From: Mytilus edulis
Lineage: Eukaryota
Length of the DNA stretch: 64,000 nt
Assembly (NCBI RefSeq): GCF_963676685.1
Contig: NC_092347.1
Span: forward strand, 5,518,001-5,582,000
Reading direction: 5' to 3'
In this document: positions 41,601 through 53,600 of the stretch, in pieces
Layout: the number at the start of each line of letters is the position of its first letter
Position numbering within the stretch: position 1 is the first letter of the stretch
Program-made: the position numbers and the translations under genes
Notes under the pieces: model-generated
What the model was told of the DNA's origin: nothing
The model's database searches: none
Seen by the model: the letters and a program-made list of their open reading frames with translations, nothing else

Positions 41601-44600
41601 TACGGACATCTTATGCATTTTTTAAAGTTGACCTTGCGCTTTAGTGAACTCTATATTAACAAACTTATGGTAATTTTTAGTCATTTCTTTATTCAATAAT
41701 CCTATAAATATTTACATTCTGCATGAAAAACGTCGCAAAAGGTATATTTTGTATGAATTAAATATCAACAAGTTTAGAGTCCGCCATCTTGGGCTGTGGG
41801 TAACTTAAGTTACCCACAGCCGTTTAAGCACAGTGAAATACATGTACTTGTCAAAGAAGTTGGCACTCGTCTCATCAGATATAACTCTATATTCATTACA
41901 ACTCTTTTTCTGATAGAAGGCCACTCTGCATGTGTAATGAGTATAGCCCTGTAATAGCTTTCTTTCAGGTAAAACACATAAATGTCTCGACAATTGTATC
42001 AAAATTGAAAGTTGGTGTTGACATTCACAACTATTTGCCCATTTATTTTACAAGGTAATTGTTCTTATTAGAATATAAAAGTTGTCTTATAAATAGGAAA
42101 AAATCGAAGAGAAAATTATTTTGGAGCAAGAATTTCAGATGTTGTGTACATGGTGTATGTACACTGAATGTTCATATGTTCATAAAAACAAAACAAAGAT
42201 TTTCATTACTGTGTCAGTTCAAAATCAATCATCCCTGCTTGCATGGTTAGTACCTATATCAGCTCCACTATTATAAACGGTGGTCATGATCATATTGAAA
42301 ACACAAGTGAATGGATTAAAAAAAGGAGCTAGTGTCGTCATCAGTGGCGGATCCAGAAATTTTCATAAGGTTGGACCTGCTTCGGTCATGTTTTGAACAG
42401 TGATTCCCTAAATAAGCAACCATTTTTTTTTTCATAGAAAAGAGGGGACCCAGCCCCTTATTTTTTTCATTTTTTATTTCTTTTCTATATATGGACCCAT
42501 TAGAATTTATAAGGATTTTTTTTATCAATAAATTTCTTTTTGTATTGTTAACATACTTCCTTTTGGTTAATGTTTCTTCTTGTTGGTAATATATTTTTCT
42601 CCCTGTAGCTAATAAGTCATTGAGACCACTTTGACAACAGGCTCTTTTTTTACCCTGAGTCCCTGACAAATACTTAATCAGGTTCTTGTACCCTTATTTT
42701 GCCTTTGTTTACCTTTTTCCAGAACAGCCATTAACATAATTGTTGTATTTGGTTCTTATAGGTGTTCCTGTAGCAGATGTTCAGCAATGCCAACAAGGAG
42801 AGAGTGCAAATGTTGCCGGAATACTAATGTTGTGGACAGTAAAGTAGAGGAAGCTGACTTGAAATGTATTACAGAGCATGAAGGATTTCAAGTAAACTGT
42901 CTGAACCAGTACGTTTTAGAGACAACATATTATGAATATGTTCAGGATAATGGACCGTTAGAGGACAATGCCATGATTCATGAGTAAGATATTTTCAAAT
43001 ACAACTAAAGTCACAAAATGATGAATAAGTTTTGGCATTTACATAATCAAATTCATGATTCTTTGAATTTTTCTTAAGATGATTTATTAACAAAAATCAA
43101 TAAGACCAAATACATGGATTATATTTTCAAAGGCAAGTCTGCAAGGGGCTGTTGGTTCTCTAGATTCGCTCAATTAAAAGAATGAGACAATATATTTATA
43201 TTGACGTTTAATAGCAATATTTAGACCATGTAAATAATATCAATTCTGGCCCTTTATACAGTAATCTTCCTGTAGGTACAAATGTACCTATCCCAAGTCA
43301 AGATATTGAAATTTATGGGTTTTTTGCTTGTTGTTGTATTTCATTTTATTTCTGATTTTGGTACATCATATAAAAAGATAAATCGAGCTGTTGATTTTTC
43401 CTGTTTGAAGTATTTTAAATGTGGGTATATAACTGGTCCCTTTGTTATCACAATGCATGCGAGTCAATGGTCTACATTAAAGGCTCAGCTGTACCAGAAC
43501 CTACATGTATAATTTCTGACTTGTACAAGTTGTGAATGCTTGCGGCTTTTGCTAGGGAGTTGTCTCATTGGCAGTTATACAAAATCTGATTTTTTCATAT
43601 ATACAACATTGTAAAAACAATTTCACAAGTAATAAAATATACAAAGTACTTTATTAAACATGGTTTAGAAACCCCCACAATGATTAAGTATACAATTTAC
43701 ATAATGAACAATAATGTGTTCATATATTGTACATGTACATGTACATATGAATGCCCCTATTGCACTACTATTTCTATGTTTAGTGACAAAAAATTGTGGT
43801 CAAAATGTTAAACTCTAATTTGAAAGTAAAGTTATAAAGATCATATCATAATTATAAAGAACATGTGTACTTGGGTTCAAGTTGATTGATTTCTTAAAAA
43901 CTACCTTGACCAAGAAAATTTACCAAAAGCAAGACAGATGCACAGACCAAAAGTACAAGATACCCCTAATTAGGACATTAAAAAATTTAGTGAGTTGGGG
44001 GAAATTCCAATAATTCTCATTAAAACTTGTTTCATTTTAGGACTTATAGATACTTGGCTTACAGAAGGTTTGTAAGATGGGTTTGGCACAAACTGGGAAA
44101 GAAAAACAGAAGGATTTTGCCATCATGTGTTGTTACCGCCATTAGAGGTGCTTTTCCATCCCAGGAATACTGTGGATTCAAATATCCAAAATAAAAATAT
44201 AAACACTTTGTGTAGGAATTTGTTAAAATTATTATAGTATTCTGTTGTCATTTAATTCAAATTTAACTTATAAAAAATAAGATGTGGTATTATTGCCAAT
44301 GAGACAACTATAGACAAAAGACCAAAATGACACAAAGATTAACAACAATAGGTAACCGTACAGCCTTCAACAATGAGCAAAGCCCATACCGCATTGATAA
44401 GACAATGTAAAACAATTCAAACGAGAAAACTAATGGCCTTATTTATGTAAAAAAATGAACGAAAAACAAATATGTAATACATAAACAAACGAGAACCACT
44501 GATTTACAGGCTTCTGACTTGGGACAGGCACATACATAAATAATGTGGTGGGGTTGAACATGATAGCAGGATCCCAACCCTCCCCTAACCTGGGACAGTG

Positions 44601-47600
44601 GTATAACAGTACAGCATAAGAACGAACTATAAAAATCAGTTGAAAAAGGCTTAACTCATCAGATAGGCCAAAAATACCAGTGGACGTGGCCCGGTACTTA
44701 TACATCCCTACACAAAAAGACAAAATGAACAGATCTGAGAGTACTCACAGTTATCTGATGGCTAGTTCAAAGCCACAAACAACTAATAAAAAAATCATGC
44801 ATCTAAGACTAAAGACTTGTTTGTTTTTTAAATTTTCAGAAAAATTTTACAAATTTATATTTTGAAATAGTTTAATGAATTTTTCAAAGTATTTTTATCC
44901 TGTGCTCAGTAAGTTTGTCAGTTTGTCAGTTCAATATTAATAAGTTGAAATATATATTGTTGTCTCTCTGACACATTCCCCATTTCCATTTTTAATTTTA
45001 TATACATGATAAATAAATGAATTAGTGTTTATTCCAAATTAAATCTTGATTTGTGGTTATCAACAATGTCTGCCTTGGGGGGATGAGGTTTACTGTGTGA
45101 TAAAGGAGGAGGTCGGACTTTATCGTCACGTCGTCTTTCTGCAATTGCTTCACTGTAGCTCTTTAGACGCTCCCTTCTGAACAGCAGATCCTGGAATAGT
45201 TCTTGAACATAACCTGAAAAAATAATAAAATGTTTATCTACAAAGTCTACAAATTATTCTTCAGGAACAGGTATCAACAAATTTGCACTTGAAAGAAAAC
45301 AAGACTTTTTTTATATTTCAACAAGTAGAAATACATAGAAAAAAGTTAGTGATGAAATTATTTTTACATATATATCAAAAGGAGGATGTGGTATGATTGC
45401 TAAATGAGACTACTCTCCTCAAGAGACCAACATGACGCAGAGATAAGCAACCTCAGATCAATAAAGACTTAAACAAGGAGCAAGGCCCATAACAGCTAGT
45501 CGGCTATGCCCCATGATGTCAAAGAAAATACAATTCAGAAGAGAAAACTAATTACTTAATTTATGTACTTTGTACAAAATAATTAACATATTACACAACA
45601 TCAATTGCAAATAACAATTGAATTCAAAGTCAATAACAAACTAATGAAAATAAAATGCTCTGCAGGATGCAGCTTGATATGACCACAAAGGTGAAACTTT
45701 TGAACAGTTGGGGTGGGTATGGACACAACATTTAAGCCTGATACAGCTCTAAATTTAGATTGAGATTACATTTTTGACACAGCACAGGTTTCTGACAAGA
45801 ATGAATATGGTCAAATTCATTATTTAACTTTAAATTTACCCATTATGGTCCAATATCCAAACTCTAAATACAGTGTTAGATTCAGAATATAAAAAATGTC
45901 CAAGAATTCCAAAAAATATTTTTTTGCACCTATTTGACCTCAATGTTGACCAATTTGATATAACATGGCCCGAAAACCAAAGAACCCTATCAATCCAATA
46001 TTTGTTAAATTTTGAACTCTCTCAACCTTTTGCAGACTAATTTGAAAACAAGACCCATAATTACAATTCTAAATATTCAGTTGGATTCGGCATATCAAAG
46101 AAACCCAATAATTTAATTTCAGATTGAATTCAAAACAGTTTGATTTTTGACCGTTTTGACCTCAAAGGGGACTAATTTGATAAAGGGGCCCAAAAATCAA
46201 AATACATGGTTACTATAGGTTAGATTCAGAAAACCAAAGAACCCCATATTTCAATTTTGTTGAAATCACAATAAGCTTCATCTTGGACACTTTGAACCTT
46301 ATTGTACACTAATTTGAAAATGGGACCCAAAATTACAAGTCTAAATATACATGTACATTACACATTACAAGTCAGCATATCAAAAAACCACAAAATTGAT
46401 GAAATAATAAATGTTTAATTTGGGAACATTTTGACCTGAAACTTTTAAAAGGGACCAAAAATCATATATCTAAATACATGGTTTAATTCAGCAAACTAGA
46501 GAACCCCATATAATTTATCTTTGTTGAAATCACACTTAATATAATTTTTGACCCTTTGAACCTTTATGTAGACCAATTTGAAAACTGCACCCCCTCCCCC
46601 TCCAAAAAATCAGTTAAATTTGGCATAACAAAGAACCCCAACAATTCATTTTTTGATGAAATCAAAGAAAGTTAAATTTTGGACCTCTTTTTGACCAATT
46701 TAAAACAGGCCCAAATTCCCAAAATGAAAGAACTCAAGAAATCCGGAATAAAATCCCCTTGAAATTGGTAAAGAAATAAGCAACTTATAAAGTATTCTTT
46801 TTGGAACCTAATTCCAAAACTGCTAGGACCATAGTCCCCCAAAATCAATCCCAACCTTCCTTTTGTGGTTTCAAACCTTGTGTTTAAATGTCATAAAGAT
46901 CCATTCACTTTTAAAACTAAAGTGATTATCCAGAAAAAAAAAGTGTCTTTGGACAACCCTGATGCCAGACAATAATAAAGTGGAACCCAATACATGTATA
47001 CAAACAAAAAATAATTTTTGACAGTTGTATAAAAATCATGCCTGTAATAGATGTCAAGATGTATTTTAAAAAGTTAAAAATATATTTACCATACGTTGCA
47101 TTAACCTTAACTTCCTTTGCCACACCTTCACCTTTACGAGCCTTTGGATAGGAAACTCTAAATTGTGCTGTCCCAGTTGATGTCACTGCTTGAGGTCTTG
47201 AAGAATTTTCATTAAAATGCATTGCTGCCAAGTAAATTCTGGAGAAAAAAAATTATATGATTACCATGTGTCCTATACATGTACATTTTATTGCAATTTG
47301 ACTATATAGCAATAATTTTCATTGGACATTGACAAATACTATGAAGGGTTAGATTCCGTGTTCTACCAGTTTGTAAAGAAGAAAGCCAGAATTTTGATTT
47401 CTGACTTTTCATGACTTTGTAATTTATAATAAAAATAAACAAGAAAGTCACATTTTGTACATCAAAATCTTTTTGTCATAATTAATGCCAATTAGAGGCA
47501 TAAGATAAGTATAAATAGGTATGTTATTTATGTTTAACATAGGGAATATACTATGACTTCATGTTTAAAATTAGATATTATTACCAAAGAAAAGGCAAGA

Positions 47601-50600
47601 TTTGCAGACCTTTTCATTATAAATGTTTTTTTTATAGCCAACCTATTTATTATTGGGAATTTAATTTAATTACGGGTAATAAGTGACATAGGAACAAAGA
47701 TAACTGTATTGTATTTATTTCTTGGCCTTTGAAAAAAATTAAGATCTTTTCTGTACAAATATCTGTTCACCTAGCTCAGATACAGGTCACTAGGGGTACT
47801 CAATTTTAAATATGTAGAGTTAAGATTAACTGGAGTAAATATGATTATTACTAGTACTTTAAGAATGACTTTTATTATTACCTTGCCTCAATTTGTGCAT
47901 GCATGAAATGCACAGACTTTGGTGCAAAGAAACACACAACTCTGTGGTAGGACTCCAAACTTGATGTCTGTTCTGCAGGAGACAGTTTCCCAATATCCTT
48001 CATTAAGGTTCTTTCCTGTGCAATCTTTTCAATTGCTTGATACACTTTACTATCTAAAAATTCAAATATAAAATATACAGAACAAGTATAAGCAATATTT
48101 TTATTTTTAATTATTTGAGTGATTTTAAAAGTCCAGGGACCGTAACTCTGTACAAAATCATTACACAGACCTGTACAAAATTTGAACTTGATCTGTAACT
48201 CGTCATGATAACACTATATACCAATCTTGGACTTTAAACATGACATAAAAAAGGAAGAACACTGATTATTTGTGTTTATGCTCTAGATCCAATGACCATA
48301 ACTCAGCTCATCTGGGCAAAACATAAATCAAAATTAATGTGTAATTAGTCATGATAAAAATGATAAATATACACCAAATATCAAGTTAAAGTTTCAAGCA
48401 TGAGAAGAAAAGTAGGTAGGGGAATATTAAATTTTTACATTCAATTGTCATTTGTACTTTACCTTTTTTTATCCATTCTCTGTCATCAAGTGTGTCGTGA
48501 AGACATGCTGGGAATTTCGGGCCATGCCCCTCATGGATGTTTGTAATATGGTTTAGGATGGACGACCACTTCTGTGTTACCATTTCCCCATCACCCTGGC
48601 TGCTTGCAGCACACCAGTAAATGTGGTTGCTTATGGACTTGGCCCATCTCCCTATGACATCAAAGCCCTTTGTCTTCCTTTTTCCCAGTGCATCTAATTT
48701 CTTAAAAACACCTGAAATTCAAACAATAACCCTGAGTGTAAATAAACTAGTATGGTATAGCTTTGCTCATGATTGAAGGCTGTTCAGTGAGCTAAAGTTG
48801 TTAATTTCTGTGATTATGTTCTATTAAATTTTGAGGAGTTGTTTAATGGGCAATCATACCACATCTTCTTATTTTTATACATTGCAGCATATAGTTTTTC
48901 AAAAAATAAACTAACAACAACAAGGAATACAAATAATTTTTTACCTCCAAATTCCTTTTTAGTAAGAAATGTTGAATTGTAATGAATTTATAAAGACATT
49001 TTTACCTTTAGCAACATGCCAGACATCAAACATGTGATGGACATTTTTTCGTTCCAATCTCATATATTTTTTTATGGAAGGATGTCTGTCTGTGACAAAA
49101 TTCAGAACTTGAATGTCATTTCCATCTAAATAGGCAAGGCAACGTTTAAGACCCTCCAACTCCATATGGTAAGAGTTAGGAACCTCATTGCTCTATAAAA
49201 AAAAAAGATCAGCAGTATTATTACTGGTTTATTTATGACATATGTGTTTAAGAACATCTTTAATGACTACCCTGACTAGATATTGATTTTTGAAATTGGC
49301 ATCTAATGGTACTGAACAATACATATATATATATGTATTTTAATTCAATCATGTGAATATACACGTACTAACATTTACAACTACAATGTCATGAGTGTAT
49401 TTACATTGTTATACATTAATCATACATTTACTAAATTGTACTGCATGTATTGTTTAAATACATGAAATTTCAATTAAGAAATATTTAAACAATATTGTAC
49501 CAAAAAATGTCACTGACCCATATTAAAAGTATCTTTAATGACTATATATATATACATGATATATGATGAAACTTCAATCATTGTCAATGATCACTGGTTA
49601 ATGTCTGTGTCATTTTGGTCTCTAATGGACAGTTGTCTCATTGGAAATCATACCACATCTCCTTTTTATATTTAATTCATCTGAATGTTTAATAAACAAT
49701 TAGTAGTAAATTTTAAGACAAAAATGTACCTGAACCAACTGCATATCTATGATTTTGCTACGTTCAAGATCCATAATGCTGTAAGACCCATACTTTGCAG
49801 TATGCCCTGGGGTACAACACCTTGCATCACCACCAATCTTAACTGGAGAGCCGTTGTTTTGAATTTCAGTTATAAGGTCTAGCTGTTTACATTGCCATAT
49901 ATCTGTGATTGTTGGCAGCAGGTAGGCATTCTGTAGGGATGAAAATGTTCTTTCAGAGAAACAACATACTGAAGCATGTCTGAAAAATGTTAATATTTTG
50001 GATATGCTCCCTCCTGAAAATAGTACTGCTCCAGCCAGAATTAAGTTTCCAAGTGGCATAGTTCCTGAAAAAGGCTGACTGTTCCATCTTGTAATTTCAG
50101 GACATTTGCATTTCAAATTAACAGTCACAGCAGTTCCTATAACATTGAAAGTATCTATTTCCTTAGTTGACACACAGTGTAGACACACTGATTGTAACAG
50201 TTCTTTAAGATTACTCTCAAATACCATGAACTTTCTTTCCTTAAAAGGTGGATTTGTGTGCGGCTCCTCATTTTTATCATGCTCTTCATTTATTAATGTA
50301 TCTTCATTTATGTCCATCTCCTCATCACTAAAACCTTCTTCTTCATAAGGAACCCAGTCTTCGTCACTCTCATTGCTGCATGTGTCATGATCTTCGTCTG
50401 TCATTTCAGGAGTCTGGCTATATCTAAGTGCTCTAGATGGTTGCACTGTGTCTGTCTGTACAGCTGCATCAGTAGTATGCACACACCTCATGTCAGTCTG
50501 ACAGCTAAAGTGGTTCTTTTCCTAAAAGAATATATATATCTTAGAAAAAAAACTTACATACATATTAAAATTTAAAAACCTACATTTTTAAATAAAACTA

Positions 50601-53600
50601 GAGGCTCTAAAGAGCCTGTGTTGCTCACCTTGGTCTATGTGAATATTAAACAAAGGACACAGATGGATTCACGACAAAATTGTGTTTTGGTGATATTGAT
50701 GTGTTTGTAGATCTTACTTAACTAAACATTCTTGCTGCTTACAATTATCTGTATCTATAATGAACTTGGTCCAGTTAGTTTCAGTCATTCAGTGGAAAAT
50801 GAAAGTGAAAATTTACCAATTTTATGAAAAGTGTTAAAAATTGACTAAAAAGGGCAATAACTCCTAAGGAGGTCAATTGACCATTTTGGTCATATTGACT
50901 TATTTGTGAATCTTACTCAGCTGAACATTATTGCTGTTTACAGTTTATCTCTATCTATAATAATATTCAAGATATTGACCAAAAACAGCAAAATTTCCTT
51001 AAAATTACCAATTCAAGGGCAGCAACCTAACAACAGGTTGTCCAATTCATTAGAAAAATTAAGAGCAAATAGATCTTGACCTGAATAACAATTTAAACCA
51101 TGTCATATTTGCTCTAAATGCTTTTGTTTTTGAGTTATAAGCCAAAAACTGCATTTTACCCCTATGTTCTATTTTTAGCCATGGCGGCCATCTTGGATGG
51201 TTGACCGGGTCACTGGACACAATATTCAAAACAAAATACCCCAATGATGATTGTGGCCAAGTTTGGTTAAATTTGGCCCAGTAGTTTCAGAGGAGAAGAT
51301 TTTTGTAAAAGTTAACGACGACAATGGACGCCAAGTGATGAGAAAAGCTTAGGAACATCTACTGTAATATTTATTCCTGTGGAAATAATATTCCAGAATA
51401 GTTTTTCCATTTGGAACTTATATTATGAAGGAACTTCTATTCCGTGACAGGCCCTTTAGGCCAGGTGAGCTAAAAATGGACAATATCTATCATATTTATA
51501 GGTGTACATGTATTGAATTCCGAAGGGGTAGGGATTTTTTTTTTTAAATATACAGCGTTATAGGTTGATTTTGTATGCACTTTATATATAAATGTATTTT
51601 TTTCCCCCATATGAAAATAAAAATGCTTTGCTGAGTGTAGCCTGATACAAACACAGAGGTTGAACCGTTTGAAAAATATTTATGTCCCTGTCCTAATCCT
51701 TTTGCTTATCTGTTGGTGTAGTTCATATGTGGTTTTGTTTATCGTTTTGTAAATATATACATGTAAATTATGGCACTAGTTTTCTCATTCAAATTATATT
51801 ACTCCATTGTATACTGGCAAACTGTTGGCCTTTTAAAGTATACTGAGTATTTTTTAAAGACTTTATAGCATTGAACTTTAAACTTGAAGGCATTATTAAT
51901 TGTCACTGACTGCTGCTTACTTTTTACAGTTTACTTATTCTTAACTATTCTGTCTTTGATGAAAAGTTGTCTCATTGCAATCATGCTACATCTTATTTAA
52001 TTCATATAAATCAGTCTGCACCATTAGCAATTAGCAAGTAGTCCTATTCCCTTGACTAGTATTTTATAGAATCATATTAGTAAAAATTTTCAAAATGTTT
52101 GATAGTCTGATAGGGACAACTTTTGATATTTAGTTAACAAACAAGCAGATGAAAAAGTATTTGATGAAGACTGATATATCAGGCTGATATATATATCATA
52201 TGATATTATAACTTACCACTTGGACTGTTTAGATATATGCATTGTATCTTTGAGGTTCCATGGGTATAGCCACTGCTGTGTAGATAGCTTCCTCTTTATC
52301 AGATGTCACTTTATCAAAGCACTTGTCTTTGCTTTCTTGTTCATAACATTCATCATGTTCATTTGATCCATGTATGTCTGAATGGTCTGAGTCTGCTTCT
52401 GGTGATTCTTGTACATGTATGTCTGAGTCTGCCTCTGGTGATGCTTGTACATGTACAATTTCCAATATTTTATTCAATGCCTGTAACAGTAATTTTCAAG
52501 TTTTAATACAAGTGCATATACAGTGTATATATATATGAGCTTTATTATCTGTATTTTTTTCAGCAGAGATTATAGTCTTACATGTACATATATTAAAAAC
52601 AATACTTAGATGCTGATCCTCTTAATTATATGATGAATTAAAATCATTGCAATTCATAATTCATTTAGCCTTTGTCTCTGCATGATTCTGATAGATGGAA
52701 ATATAATTCAGAGCAATATAATATAAATAGTATATATATTAATCATGTTGTATAGCATTGTATAACATAGTTGACTGACTTTAGCTTACATTACATATGA
52801 AAGTACCCTATTTGTTAATGGAACAAATTAACTAATGATTGTTTTAATCATTCTTACCATGCAATTTCCTTGCATCATTATCATGATTATAATTTAATTA
52901 CTAATTAGTACATTTTTTGTCAGTCAGATATATAGCTGACAGATTTTTTTTTCTTCAAATTTATACTAAGCATCAAGCCATGAATGTTGATACTAAACTA
53001 TATATATTGCATGATATAGTACATGTAATAATACAATGAGATAAGATAGATCACAATGCTAAAAACAGGCAAAGGGAGCTACATTGTACCAATTGATAAT
53101 CCAGGGAAGGGGCTCAGATAAAAATTTTAAAAAGAAAGGACAGAAAAAGATTAAAACAAATCAGGATGAGGAACCTCAACTTTTCTAAGATGACAGACAA
53201 TTTATGTAAAAAAAAACCAGGGTTACAAAAAAAAAAAATCCTGAACAAAAATCTTCATCCAAGGGACACGCCCCCCCCCCGGCCCCCCCAACTCCCAAAC
53301 CCACCCTTAAAAACATAAATATATGCCCCCTTCTGACAGGGGTGGATCCAGCCATTTTAAAAAGATGCAGGGTGTCCAACCCATGACAAAAGGGGGAGGG
53401 TCAAACGGTAACCATATGTCCCTATTCAAATGCATTGATCGCCAAAAAAAGGGGGGTCCAACCCCCACCCCCCCCCTCTTGATCCGCCACTGCCCTTTCA
53501 CAATTTCATTATAAATTAAAAAAATGTTTGAACACGAATTTTTTTGCGAGTTATAAATAATTAAAAAAGATAATGAAAAAATTAAAAATACCTCTATTCT

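Noticed and set aside
42787-44194. A P2X7 receptor gene
   Set aside because: No transmembrane or ATP-binding ectodomain exons; only the ballast-like domain, inside transposon TIRs.
44630-44665. Second CTGATGA hammerhead-like core on the minus strand
   Set aside because: It lacks the GAAA half of the catalytic core.
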